Shown piece by piece: positions 46,946 through 59,863 of a stretch of DNA of 64,000 nt. Origin of the DNA: Macrostomum hystrix (taxonomy: Eukaryota; Animalia; Platyhelminthes); contig CATNEN010000039.1 in the NCBI GenBank assembly GCA_950097015.1, forward strand, positions 12,958,001 through 13,022,000, read 5' to 3'. A program made the position numbers and the translations under genes. The notes beneath the pieces were generated by a model. The model saw only the letters and a list, made by a program, of their open reading frames with translations, was not told where the DNA came from and made no database searches. How positions within the stretch are numbered: the stretch's first letter is position 1; every line of letters starts with the position of its first letter.

Positions 46946-48252
46946 CGAGGGGCACTACAAAAGTTTTTAGCCACGTCTAAACGGAAACAGCTATGAAGCT
47001 GGAATTTTCACAGCTTCTCAAAGTATTCTCCACCAGCCTGGATGCAGCGCCTCATCCTCTCAAACCAGTTGACGAAGCAGTGGTGCCACTCAGAAGTCGA
47101 CACCCCTTCCACCATCTCGTCGAATGCATCAGCAGCCTCCTCTGCAGTCGAAAATCGGCGACCACGTAGCGAGTCTTTGACTTTAGGGAACAAAAAAAAG
47201 TCACACGGTGCCAGATCAGGCGAGTATGGCGGGTGACTGGTCAGCTGCAGTCCCTGAGTCTGCAGGAACTGCCGTGTTGCCTGAGCCGTGTGAGCGCTCG
47301 CGTTGTCCTGATGCAGCGTCAGGCCTCGGACACCTGACTTCGGACGCGTCCTACTCAGGCTGTGAATGACCTGCGGCAAGCAGACGCTAGTATACCAGGC
47401 CGCAGTCACCGTGCGCTGCTCCAGCAGCCGCACAGTCGCCACGTGACCTGAGCGACGGAAAAAAGTCGCGACCATTTGCTTGCCGGTGCTCCTGCCCCGC
47501 ACGACCTTCGTTGGCGGAACCTCATCTGGAAACGCCCACACCTGCGACTGGCACTTGCGCTCTGGCTCGTAGCAGTAAACCCAAGTCTCGTCGCATGTCA
47601 CGATGTCGGCGACCGCCTTAGACGCTCCATCGCTGTACTTCTGCAGCATCTGGCGGCACCAGTCGACCCTGGCCTGCTTTTGCTCAGGCTTCAGCAGGTG
47701 GGGCACCCAACGGCTGGTCAGCTTGCGCAAGCCGATGTGGTCGTGGAGAATTTTGGCGATGGCCGGCGAATGGATACCCAGGGATGCCTCAATCTCCTTG
47801 TAGGTTATCCGCCGGTCAGCTTCTACCAGCTGGCGGACACGAGCCACTGTTTCTGGTGTCGTGGCAGTGGAAGGTCGACCCGTCCGCTCCTCGTCTTCCA
47901 ACGAGTCTCGGCCACGACTAAACTCGCGGAACCAGTTTCTGACAGTCGCAAGTGATGGAGCAGCTTCTGGGAAAGCCGCTGACAACCTTTCGTGGCACTG
48001 GCGGCAATCAAGGCCGCTGCGATAGTCATAGAAGATCATGGCACGAAAGTGCTCGCGATTCAGTTCCATGAGCTCAGCTGGAAAGTGGGCAGAGGTGCTG
48101 AAGTTATCTGGCTCTAGCGGCTAAATGCTGCGAGATATTTGCGTGAAATTTTATTCATCATGGTCATATATATTGTCCTGTAAGCCTGTGAAAAATTAAT
48201 CTGATAGGACAAACAGCTGAGGTCTAGCTAAAAACTTTCGTAGTGCCCCTCG
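46946..48252 (-). mobile_element. Full-length mariner transposon (1307 bp)
   Basis: TA TSDs at 46944-46945 and 48253-48254. 26-bp TIR CGAGGGGCACTAC(A/G)AAAGTTTTTAGC with one mismatch. Confidence 0.97.
47008..48069 (-). CDS. Mariner transposase, intact D,D34D
   Basis: 353 aa. WVPHLL, IVTCDETW, LHQDNASAH and YSPDLAPCDFFLF, with 34 residues between the 2nd and 3rd Asp. Ends GGEYFEKL. Confidence 0.97.
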   Translation of the reverse strand: MELNREHFRAMIFYDYRSGLDCRQCHERLSAAFPEAAPSLATVRNWFREFSRGRDSLEDEERTGRPSTATTPETVARVRQLVEADRRITYKEIEASLGIHSPAIAKILHDHIGLRKLTSRWVPHLLKPEQKQARVDWCRQMLQKYSDGASKAVADIVTCDETWVYCYEPERKCQSQVWAFPDEVPPTKVVRGRSTGKQMVATFFRRSGHVATVRLLEQRTVTAAWYTSVCLPQVIHSLSRTRPKSGVRGLTLHQDNASAHTAQATRQFLQTQGLQLTSHPPYSPDLAPCDFFLFPKVKDSLRGRRFSTAEEAADAFDEMVEGVSTSEWHHCFVNWFERMRRCIQAGGEYFEKL

Positions 48253-48439
48253 TAGCTGGGGCTGTGCAGTATCAGCTGCTCAATTCTTGGGACTTGTAAG
48301 CCGATTATGTATTCATCATTTTAATCTCACTATACTCGCGACACCAGAATGCATGACTAACACTGGCACTATAATATTTGCATCTAAATTTTCCCCCAAA
48401 GAAAGTCCGATAATTGCCTGTTATGTAGACGATCACTAC

Positions 48440-49150
48440 ATTATCACCTGTTAGTTAGATAAGCACCTGTTAGTTAGATAAGAACCTGTTCACATGTTAG
48501 TTGAATAATCACCTGTTAGTAAGATAATCACCTGTTAGTTGAATAATCACCTGTTAGTTAGATAGGCACCTGTTAGTTAGATATTCACCTGTTAATTAGA
48601 TATTCACCTGTTAGTTCGATAATCACCTGCTAGTTAGATAATCACCTGTTAGTTCGATAATCACCTGTTAGTTTGATAATCACCTGTTAGTTAGATAATC
48701 ACCTGCTAGTTAGATAATCACCTGCTAGTTGGATAATCACCTGTTAGTTCGATAATCACCTGTTAGTTCGATAATCACCTGTTAGTTAGATAATCACCTG
48801 TTAGTTAGATAGGCACCTGTTAGTTAGATATTCACCTGTTAATTAGATATTCACCTGTTAGTTCGATAATCACCTGCTAGTTAGGTAATCACCTGTTAGT
48901 TTGATAATCACCTGTTAGTTAGATAATCACCTGTTAGTTTGATAATCACCTGTTAGTTAGATAATCACCTGTAGTTACATAATCACCTGCTAGTTGGATA
49001 ATCACCTGTTAGTTCGATAATCACCTGTTAGTTCGATAATCACCTGTTAGTTAGATAATCACCTGTTAGTTAGATAATCACCTGTTAGTAAGATAATCAC
49101 CTGTTGGTTTGATAATCAACTGTTAGTAAGATAATCACCTGTTAGTTATC
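48440..49150. repeat. 19-bp minisatellite (ataatcacctgttagttag)
   Basis: Tandem units with period 19. Confidence 0.95.
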
Positions 49151-49587
49151 TATTCACCTTGAATTGGACTTAATCCACATGTGCTAATAGGCATAAACTG
49201 TCAGACAGAGCACCAGATAAGTGTCAGACAGTGAAATAATCCTAGTTTGTACTTTTACGAATTCTGAAAAGCCTTCCTTGCAGAGAAATTCCTAAAAAGT
49301 AGATTTTCCTCTACAGAAGAAAATTGACTGAAGGAGGGCAATTATGGAGCGCTGCATGCTTCAGAACCGGTGGGCGCACGATTTTGAATATTTTTTGCTC
49401 GATTTGTTCCGCAAAAAGTGGAACTAGCAAGTCAAGGGCAGCATTTTCTGTGAAGTTTTTATTCAGTTTTGCATTAAAAAGTTAACAAACTGTAGCTAAT
49501 TTAATATGCTGTTTTTTAATTAAGGCATGTCTAACCTTTCTAGCATCTACTCAACTAGCAGAGACTAGAATCCCAATGATAGTAATG

Positions 49588-50192
49588 TCTAGAATCGAAG
49601 CAGGAGCCATTTTACAGAATCGAAGCAGGAGCCATTTTACAGAATCGAAGCAGGAGCCATTTTACAGAATCGAAGCAGGAGCCATTTTACAGAATCGAAG
49701 CAAGAGCCATTTTACAGAATCGAAGCACGAACCATTTTACAGAATCAAAGCAAGAACCAAAGTCTAGAATCGAAGCAGGAGCCATAGTCTAGAATCGAAG
49801 CAGGAGCCATAGTCTAGAATCGAAGCAGGAGCCATAGTCTAGAATCGAAGCAGGAGCCATAGTCTAGAATCGAAGCAGGAGCCATAGTCTAGAATCGAAG
49901 CAGGAGCCATAGTCTAGAATCGAAGCAGGAGCCATAATCTAGAATCGCAGCAAGAGGCATAGTCTAGAATCGCAGCAAGAGGCATAGTCTAGAATCGCAG
50001 CAAGAGGCATAATCTAGAATCGCAGCAAGAGGCATAGTCTAGAATCGCAGCAAGAGGCATAATCTAGAATCGCAGCAAGAGGCATAATCTAGAATCGCAG
50101 CAAGAGGCATAGTCTAGAATCGAAACAGTAGCCAATTTACAGAATCGAAGCAGGAACCAATTTACAGAATCGCAGCAGGAGCCATAATCTAG
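49588..50192. repeat. 25-bp minisatellite (agaatcgaagcaggagccat+tttac/agtct) in variant blocks
   Basis: Tandem units with period 25. Confidence 0.95.
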
Positions 50193-50726
50193 TTTCTAGG
50201 GTTATAACAGCGGTCACAACTATAAAGATTGCATTTTGGGAAAATTAAGGTAATGCGGTGGTTACCACTTAGTCAAATCGCGTGACTTCTTGCTAAAAAT
50301 GATTTCCAAGGAATTTTGCCTTAAGTGTGGTCTGGGTGCTCTGATAAAATATCTTAATTGTGGTCGCCACACCAAAAGGAGAGGTCATTTTAAAACGGGA
50401 AAGTTTTTTAACTTTGTACAGCCGAAATTTGAATGCATTTTAAATTTTAAGTCCATTTTGAACGCGGCGTTAGACAAAACAACTTTCCAAAAAATAAATG
50501 TTTTTTCAAAGCTCACTATTTTTATTATAACTTTATTATAAAAGACGCCCTTAAAAAACATTATTCGATATGAGCCTTCATTCAGGATCTGCTGGAGCAC
50601 AATGTTCATTTAAAATCAAGTAGACACCCGCTCTAGAGGATCTGGTGGACACTGCTAAGGATCTTTAGGTCACTTTCTCTTCAAGATCTGGTGGACACTG
50701 CTAAGGATCTTTAGGTCACTTTCTCT

Positions 50727-51485
50727 TCAAGATCTGGTGGACACCCTCTCTCCAAGATCTGGTTGACACCCTCTCTCCAAGATCTGGTGGACACCCTCTC
50801 TCCAAGATCTGTTGGACACCCTCTCTCCAAGATCTGTTGGACACCCTCTCTCTAAGATCTGTTGGACACCCTCTCTCTAAGATCTGTTGGACACCCTCTC
50901 TCCAAGATCTGGTGGACACCCTCTCTCTAAGATCTGTTGGACACCCTCTCTCTAAGATCTGTTGGACACCCTCTCTCTAAGATCTGTTGGACACCCTCTC
51001 TCTAAGATCTGTTGGACACCCTCTCTCTAAGATCTGGTTGACACCCTCTCTCCAAGATCTGGTTGACACCCTCTCTCCAAGATCTGGTGAACACCCTCTC
51101 TCCAAGATCTGGTTGACACCCTCTCTCCAAGATCTGGTGAACACCCTCTCTCCAGGATCTGGTGAACACCCTCTCTTCAAGATCCGGTGGACACCCTCTC
51201 TCCAAGATCTGGTTGACCCTCTCTCTAAGATCTGGTGGACACCCTCTCTCTAAGATCTGTTGGACACCCTCTCTCTAAGATCTGTTGGACACCCTCTCTC
51301 TAAGATCTGTTGGACACCCTCTCTCCAAGATCTGTTGGACACCCTCTCTCCAAGATCTGGTTGACACCCTCTCTCCAAGATCTGGTTGACACCCTCTCTC
51401 CAAGATCTGGTGGACACCCTCTCTCCAAGATCTGGTGGACACCCTCTCTCCAAGATCTGGTGGACACCCTCTCTCCAAGATCTGA
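50727..51485 (+). repeat. 25-bp minisatellite family C (aagatctgttggacaccctctctcc)
   Basis: Tandem units; same family at 60914-62788. Confidence 0.96.
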
Positions 51486-52043
51486 TAAACACTCACTTTC
51501 TAGAATCTGAAAGACACCCTCTCTTTAAAAACTGGATTTCCTTACAGATTCCTGACCACTTTCAGATTCCGTACAGATTACTTTCAGTAGAACCCCAAGC
51601 ATCACAAAGATTTTTTCTGCTATCCCTGGTCCCGATGATATGCGCCTTCGACGATAAAAATATTTTTAACGCAATCCCTGTCTGTACTGTCTGTACTGCA
51701 AAAAGCGAAACTGGGATGCTAAAATACAAAAATGCGAATTGCAGTCAAGCATTTCTTGACTGTCCCGTAAAGCACAGTTTCCTGGAATCAAATTAAATTA
51801 ATTTGCGATGCGCAGAATTTTTTTTGTAATAATTATTTCTCTAAATTATTCCAACAAAATACAAATGCACTGAATGCTAAAACAATGTCAAGGCATTTCG
51901 GGACCAATTTAGGCGATTGATGTTTGCCAAGCTGAAATAAATTTGGAAAATAAAACCCACTCTGTTGAATTAAAAATTTTAAATTTCTCACAGTTAAAGT
52001 TGCAGTTTGAATGCACCTGGCTTGCCTACTTGCATTCTTAAGC

Positions 52044-53830
52044 AGAGATGAGACACGGAAGAGATGAGACACGAGAGAGATGAGACACGGGAGGAATGAG
52101 ACACGGGAGAGATGAGACACGGGAGAGATGAGACACGGGAGAGATGAGACACGGGAGAGATGAGACACGGGAGAGATGAGACACTGGAGAGATGAGACAC
52201 GGGAGAGATGAGACACGGGAGAGATGAGACACGGGAGAGATGAGACACGGGAGAGATGAGACACGGGAGAGATGAGACACTGGAGAGATGAGACACTGGA
52301 GAGCTGAGACACGGGAGAGATGAGACACGGGAGAGATGAGACACGGGAGAGATAAGACACGGGAGAGATGAGACACGGGAGAGATGAGACACGGGAGAGA
52401 TGAGACACGGGAGAGATGAGACACGGGAGAGATGAGACACGGGAGAGATGAGACACGGGAGAGATGAGACACGGGAGAGATGAGACACGGGAGAGATGAG
52501 ACACGGGAGAGATGAGACACGGAAGAGATGAGATACGGGAGAGATGAGACACGGGAGAGATGAGACACGGGAGAGATGAGACACGGGAGAGATGAGACAC
52601 GGGAAAGATAAGATACGGGAGAGATGAGACACGGGAGAAATGAGACACGGGAGAGATGAGACACGGGAGAGATGAGACACGGGAGAGATGAGACACGGGA
52701 AAGATGAGACACGGAAGAGATGAGATACGGGAGAGATGAGACACGGGAGAGATGAGACACGGGAGAGATGAGACACGGGAGAGATGAGACACTGGAGAGC
52801 TGAGACACGGGAGAGATGAGGCACGGGAGAGATGAGACACTGGAAAGATAAGATACGGGAGAGATGAGACACGGGAGAGATGAGACACGGGAGAGATGAG
52901 ACACGGGAAAGATAAGATACGGGAGAGATGAGACATGGGAGAGATGAGACACGGGAGAGATGAGACACGGGAGAGATGAGACACGGGAGAGATGAGACAC
53001 GGGAGAGATGAGACACGGAAGAGATGAGATACGGGAGAGATGAGACACGGGAGGAATGAGACACGGGAGAGATGAGACACGGGAGAGATAAGACACGGGA
53101 GAGATGAGACACGGGAGAGATGAGACACCGAAGAGATGAGACACGGGAGAGATGAGACACGGGAGAGATGAGACACGGGAGAGAGGAGACACGGGAGAGA
53201 TGAGATACAGGAGAGATGAGGCACGGCAGAGATGAGACACGGGAGAGATGAGACACGGGAGAGATGAGACACGGGAGAGATGAGATACAGGAGAGATGAG
53301 ATACATGATAGATGAGATACAGGAGAGATGAGATACAGGAGAGATGAGATACAGGATAGATGAGATACAGGAGAGATGAGATACAGGAGAGATGAGGCAC
53401 GGCAGAGATGAGACACGGGAGAGATGAGACACGGGAGAGATGAGACACGGGAGAGATGAGATACAGGAGAGATGAGATACAGGATAGATGAGATACAGGA
53501 TAGATGAGATACAGGAGAGATGAGATACAGGAGAGATGAAGCACGGCAGAGATGAGACACGGGAGAGATGAGACACGGGAGAGATGAGACACGGGAGAGA
53601 TGAGATACAGGAGAGATGAGATACAGGATAGATGAGATACAGGAGAGATGAGATACAGGATTGATGAGATACAGGAGAGATGAGATACGGGAGAGATGAG
53701 ACACGGGAGAGATGAGACACGGGAGAGATGAGACACGGGAGAGATGAGATACAGGAGAGATGAGATACAGGATAAATGAGATACAGGAGAGATGAGATAC
53801 AGGAGAGATGAGGCACGGCAGAGATGAGAC
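52044..53830 (-). repeat. 16-bp minisatellite family B, third array
   Basis: gggagagatgagacac units grading into ggagagatgagataca. Confidence 0.97.
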
Positions 53831-54265
53831 AGATCATTCGAAGGCCCACGAGCCGTAGGTCGTCGACCCGCGCAATAAAGTTTCTAAACTGTACTTTACA
53901 ATTTATCTCCACAAGTGCTGCTTGACCCCGTCTTGAATGTACCGAGTGGCCTTCATAACCGAAGGTGCGTGTATGCTGAAGTTAATTGAATTTTTACTTT
54001 ACTCATCTCACAGCGTTCATTTATGTCCAATGAACTACAACCCTTGTTCTAAATAATTAGTTTTGCTTAAATTAGTGCAGCAAAACATATGCTAATTTTG
54101 AGCAAAAAAAATTGAGAACGACTTATTTCTTCTATTCGTTCTTGCGTGCTTCAAATTTCAAGACATCTAGGCGAATGCTTGTATGCCAGACATTTGTGGT
54201 TAATGTATAACTTCAGGTTGATGCATCTTGGTCAAGATGATCAGTAGGGTAATGACGGACATTCT

Positions 54266-55960
54266 GAGCGAGCTGTGGGTCATGACTGGTATGCTGAGCG
54301 ATCTGTGGGTCATGACTGGTATGCTGAGCGATCTGTTGGTCATGACTGGTGTGCTGAGCGATCTGTGGGTCATGACTGGTATGCTGAGCGATCTGTTGGT
54401 CATGACTGGTGTGCTGAGCGATCTGTGGGTCATGACTGGTATGCTGAGCGATCTGTGGGTCATGACTGGTATGCTGAACGATCTGTGGGTCATGACTGGT
54501 GGGCTGAACGATCTGTGGGTCATGACTGGTATGCTGAGCGATCTGTGGGTCATGACTGGTGTGCTGAACGATCTGTGGGTTATGACTGGTGTGCTGAACG
54601 ATCTGTGGGTCATGACTGGTATGCTGAGCGATCTGTGGGTCATGACTGGTGTGCTGAACGATCTGTGGGTCATGACTGGTGTGCTGAACGATCTGTGGGT
54701 CATGACTGGTGTGCTGAACGATCTGTGGGTCATGACTGGTTTGCTCAACGATCTGTGGGTCATGACTGGTGTGCTGAACGATCTGTGGGTCATGACTGGT
54801 ATGCTGAGCGATCTGTTGGTCATGACTGGTGTGCTGAGCGATCTGTGGGTCATGACTGGTATGCTGAACGATCATTGGGTCATGACTGGTATGCTGAACG
54901 ATCATTGGGTCATGACTGGTATGCTGAGCGATCTTTGGGTCATGACTGGTATGCTGAACGATCTGTGGGTCATGACTGGTGTGCTGAACGATCTGTGGGT
55001 CATGACTGGTATGCTGAACGATCTGTGGGTCATGACTGGTGGGCTGAACGATCTGTGGGTCATGACTGGTGTTCTGAACGATCTGTGGGTCATGACTGGT
55101 GTGCTGAACGATCTGTGGGTCATGACTGGTATGCTGAGCGATCTGTGGGTCATGACTGGTGTGCTGAACGATCTGTGGGTCATGACTGGTATGCTGAACG
55201 ATCTGTGGGTCATGACTGGTGTGCTGAGCAATCTGTGGGTCATGACTGGTGTTCTGAACGATCTGTGGGTCATGACTGGTGTGCTGAACGATCATTGGGT
55301 CATGACTGGTGGGCTGAACGATCTGTGGGTCATGACTGGTGTTCTGAACGATCTGTGGGTCATGACTGGTGTGCTGAACGATCTGTGGGTCATGACTGGT
55401 ATGCTGAGCGATCTGTGGGTCATGACTGGTATGCTGAACGATCTGTGGGTCATGACTGGTGGGCTGAACGATCTGTGGGTCATGACTGGTGTGCTGAGCG
55501 ATCTGTGGGTCATGACTGGTGTGCTGAACGAACTGTGGGTTATGACTGGTGTGCTGAGCGATCTGTGGGTCATGACTGGTGTGCTGAACGATATGTGGCT
55601 CATGACTGGTGTGCTGAACGATCTGTGGGTCATGACTGGTGTGCTGAACGATCTGTGAGTCGTGACTGGTGGGCTGAACGATCTGTGGGTCATGACTGGT
55701 GGGCTGAACGATCTGTGGGTCATGACTGGTGTGCTGAGCGATCTGTGGGTCATGACTGGTGTGCTGAACGAACTGTGGGTTATGACTGGTGTGCTGAACG
55801 ATCTGTGGGTCATGACTGGTGTGCTGAACGATATGTGGCTCATGACTGGTGTGCTGAACGATCTGTGGGTCATGACTGGTGTGCTGAACGATCTGTGAGT
55901 CGTGACTGGTGGGCTGAACGATCTGTGGGTCATGACTGGTGTGCTGAACGATCTGTGGGT
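54266..55960. repeat. 30-bp minisatellite (atctgtgggtcatgactggtRtgctgaRcg)
   Basis: About 56 units in perfect register. Confidence 0.98.
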
Positions 55961-56183
55961 AGTGGCTGTAACGCTAATGGTTAGAGATAACGAATTACCT
56001 GAATTATCGTGAGCTCAATTGCTGGTTTCTCCTTTTTGATTGGCTAATGTCTGTATCGACTTGAATAAAAGCATCTCAGGGAACCAATGAGAGACACTTG
56101 CAGCTTGATCGTGGAGGTCTGTGAATGGACCAAACAAATGATTGTAGCTTTCGGGTGGGCAGGCAATGCGGACTGTCAGAAAA

Positions 56184-56267
56184 ATATAAAAATTGATTCC
56201 TAGATTTGCTAAGGCTCGCTCCCCGCTAATGCGAATATCGGTGCAGTTCAACCAGCTAATTATCACT
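56184..56267 (+). promoter_or_regulatory. Candidate TATA box and non-coding first exon of the neuropeptide gene
   Basis: TATAAAAA near 56185, donor act|gtaagt at 56268, and acceptor tttttag at 57022, 4 nt before the ATG. Confidence 0.4.
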
Positions 56268-56354
56268 GTAAGTTGGTTGAGTCCCTGTTGCGGGTCAGGT
56301 TAAAGATAGGTTAATAAAATAGGTTATTATAAGAAATCGATCTTTCTCTATTTA

Positions 56355-56966
56355 TAATATTTAATCCAAAAGCTTGGCCCGGCTCACGAGATTGCACTAC
56401 TAAAACTGTTTACAGCAACTGTGACCATAGACTATATGTTTAATCGGCCTAGGCCGCTAAATGACTGGCCTAGGCAAGTTACATAGAATTAGTAGCCAAT
56501 GGAGTGAGAGACTTCAAGGGCCTGAAGAACTGGGGAGTCAACTGGATTGGCAGTGTAGTGGATGTCGTCCAGGCAGATGCTGGAATCAGCACCAACTCGA
56601 TGACCAGGAAGTGTATAGAATATAATGCCAGAAAGAAGTATAGAATAATACCCCCCTGGTTTCGTTTCTTTGGCCAAGGAACGGCTGAGGACGCGTTTCT
56701 TGGCCGAGGCGAAGCCGAGTATTATAGTTATTATAAACTATAAATTATAAACATGTGTGAATTCATGACTCATTAATCAGAAGTTTAATCCCCAGCTTGG
56801 CCCGGCCTACTGGCTATTAATTCTGCGCATTTATTATTTAATCGGCCTAGGCGTTAAATGATTTAACGGCCTAGGCCGATTAAACATATAGTCTATGGTC
56901 ACAGTTGCTGTAAACAGTTTTAGGTTTGCAATCTCGTGAGCCGGGCCAAGCTTTAGGATTAATATT
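56355..56966. mobile_element. Foldback/MITE-like element with about 100-bp inverted repeats
   Basis: 56355-56456 (ttaatcc..aagcttggcccggctcacgagattgca...aaaactgtttacagcaactgtgaccatagactatatgtttaatcggcctaggccg) is the near-perfect reverse complement of 56867-56966. Confidence 0.8.
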
Positions 56967-57026
56967 CTATACTTCTTTCTGATTCGATCGTAAATCAATG
57001 ATTTCGTTAAACCTATTTTTAGCGCG

Positions 57027-57490
57027 ATGCCGCGCACTTTTTTGAGTGTTTCGCTGCTGTTGGTTCTGCTAGTCGCTGGCTTTGTGTCACTGTCAGCAAT
57101 GCCGGCTAGTGAGATCAGTGGCGACATTGGTAGCGACGCAGGGAGCGACAATAACGACAGCGACTGGATCTGGCAGCTCGACAACCTCGGGTAACAGCCA
57201 CCAGTTGTTTACTGAAGTATAATTAAGAATTGTTCGAATTAAATTGTGCATTTTCTGTTATTTTTCCAGACCCAGTCGCGTAGAGCGCAGCGTAGCGAAG
57301 CGTAACGTTCATAGGCGAATGGACGTCAACAACATAGTGAGGATGATGGCTCGGATCATGGCTAAGGACGACTTTTTGAACGAGCGAGTCAGGTAAAACC
57401 TGGTAGAGGGTGTGTGCTCGATTCTGTGATTGAATGCATTAAAGCACCGCTGAAAATAATGTATTTACTTATACTTTCAGGATGGGATAA
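57027..57490 (+). CDS. Neuropeptide precursor, atypical NPF/NPY-like (C-terminal RVRM-amide), 3 coding exons
   Basis: Exons 57027-57190, 57270-57392 and 57481-57490 encode MPRTFLSVSLLLVLLVAGFVSLSA-MPASEISGDIGSDAGSDNNDSDWIWQLDNLGPSRVERSVAKRNVHRR-MDVNNIVRMMARIMAKDDFLNERVRMG*. It has a signal peptide, acidic spacer, dibasic sites and an amidation Gly. The last intron is phase 2 in the final Arg codon. Confidence 0.75.
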
Positions 57491-58854
57491 TGATGCACAA
57501 AACTTTGTCACGAAGAGAACACTGTGGATGAGAATGATTTGCAGTCGAGTTGTTAAAAAACTGGTTAAAAGTTTAATTCGTTGTTTCCAACGGCGAAAGT
57601 GAAGGAAATATAATTTCTTTCTGAGAGCTGTCATTTGTGCGAATAATTTCAGCTTCAAAAACATTTTGAAGAAGCTGGAAAACACTTGTTTTTCTGGTGT
57701 ATCGATATTTTTCATTTTCATTGATTCAAAGCAAAAACGAATGCCATTAATTTTGTGTTTCCGATCTGAATAATGACGTCACAAGGCTTAGAGGAAATAA
57801 TCTTAGATTTTGCAAATTAAAATATTGAATTTCGCTTTAAACACAAAATACGAGCTTTAAAAATGTAATTTTGAACAAAATTCTTGGTTAATAAACGGTT
57901 ACATTCTTCAGCCATGGCTATAGAAATTCTGTATGGTTGATGATTTTTTCTACAGCCATCGGGAATTGAAGGAGCACCTCTTTTAAAATCCGTCATTCTA
58001 TTGCGTTGGGCCAATTTTAGATATTTGATTTTTTAAACAATCAACGGTTGCTTGGTGAATATACTGCTACATGGGCTGAATCATGCCAGCATAGCAGTTT
58101 GCAGCAGAAGGTGGCGCGCTTTAACTAGGAATTGGGACGTGAAGCAGTGCCTCCCTGAGTGCCAATCAATCAGCAGATGAATCGCTTTTTAAGTGCTACA
58201 TTTTAGCGATAGAAATAAGACAGAAATACAACAGCAATAACGAGCGGCAGCTAGGGAAAAAAATCATTATAGCTCATACTCAGTGCCATGACTGAGCATA
58301 GTCTTTGTTGTCGAGCTACTCGTATTGAGCCAGTCGAAACACTTTTTATCAAGAAACCACTGTTTGAGGACAAACAAAAGAAGTGCTTGAAAATAATCTG
58401 CGATTTTCGACTAGAGGGAGGCAGACAAAATGCAAAACATATTGCATAACAATTGAATGTCGCTAACAACGCGCTGGTCAGTCCCCAATGGTCGGTTTGA
58501 ATCGAATTAGTGACTAGGCCTCTTTAATACTCGTACCTTAAAAGCGCTTGTCACTGGATATGCCCAAAATAACAAGATTCAGTTTTTATTCGACTGTCAC
58601 GGATTTCTGATGCGAAGATGCAGGAGCGGGAGGGCCTGATTGTCTCCGTTCATTAAGGTGCGTTGGAGCACGCCAAATAGCATTGTCTAGCTCTAATTAT
58701 ACACTCATTGGCAGTCAGTACCCGCGCCAAATGCATATCAGTGGCTTAAATTAAAGAAAATATATTGTCACGACGAGATAATTGAGCTAATAAATGCGAT
58801 TTAGAGCGACGAGCTAGTAATATAGTCTTAAGCATAATCTCAAGGGCTCTTAGT

Positions 58855-59226
58855 GGTGGGTCGGTGGTCGGTTAACGCTTTTGCCTCGCGCACCACGGTC
58901 CCTATAAGTTCGATTACACGGCGAGGCCACATTTATTTGAGGCGCAGCCGCGGAGAGAAGGCTTGGCGGTTTGTCGTACAATTTACGCCCTTGAGGGCCA
59001 ACCTCCAAGGCACAGTGAATGTGTACACTGCCTGACGATGAGAAAGTCAGGGCAGATGTACACACCTGTGTGAGCGTGTGCCTGCGTACGGTATCTGCGT
59101 CTGCGTGCGTGCGTGCTCAGGTGTCAGCGAAATGGGCAGAATTGCCACCTCGCTGGCTGCGGGTCTAGTGTCATTAAATGTTGTGCCACTGCCCGCAGCC
59201 CACCTGCAATTATGATTATTATTATT
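58855..59226 (+). mobile_element. Full-length tRNA-derived SINE family A with TSD
   Basis: 13-bp TSD AAGGGCTCTTAGT at 58842-58854 and 59227-59239. A/B box-like head (ggtcggtggtcgg; gttcgattac) and (ATT)n tail. Confidence 0.92.
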
Positions 59227-59863
59227 AAGGGCTCTTAGTAAATGTGTAATTTCAGTTAAAATTGCATAGATTTTCTAAAAAAGCGTTTTCACTCTTGTCA
59301 CAGGCCTATTAGGTTGAGAAATCTGCGGATTAGTCAAGTAATACACAAAACTGATAGGAACTGCAGGCATGGCACACACAATTGCTAATAAGGTCAGCAA
59401 CAATCTGCTCCAGAATGTAGAGTCTAATGTCAGGAAAATTAGCATTCGCGTATCTCTACAATATCCATCATAGATGCAAAATAGGCACATATAGAATGAG
59501 CTCAGTACAGACTATCCACTCACTTGCACTTTGCTAAGGATCGCGTTCTGATCTGATCAAATCTGCAAAGTGAACTCATTTGTGTGTGTTATATGCTTTG
59601 GTTGTAGTTAACTCACTGAGCAATGACACTTTTCTAAATAAGAATTTCGGTCTAGTTTCTTCGTAGGCCTGAATAATGACCCACCCGTGCTTTTCACTCA
59701 ACCGTGAACAGTCATTTATTTTGAGTCTCGCGCTCAACATGTGTATGTATAGTTTGTTTTCATTGTCAAGGGACGCACTTCTCTAGTTATAGCGGTGGAA
59801 CAGTTCTCACAATAGTAGTTTAGTTTTCACAATGGTAGCTCATTGTTCAGTTTTTAGAGTGCC

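Noticed and set aside
51833-55984. ORFs of 360-624 aa
   Set aside because: Translations of 16-bp and 30-bp satellites, open in multiple frames and strands.
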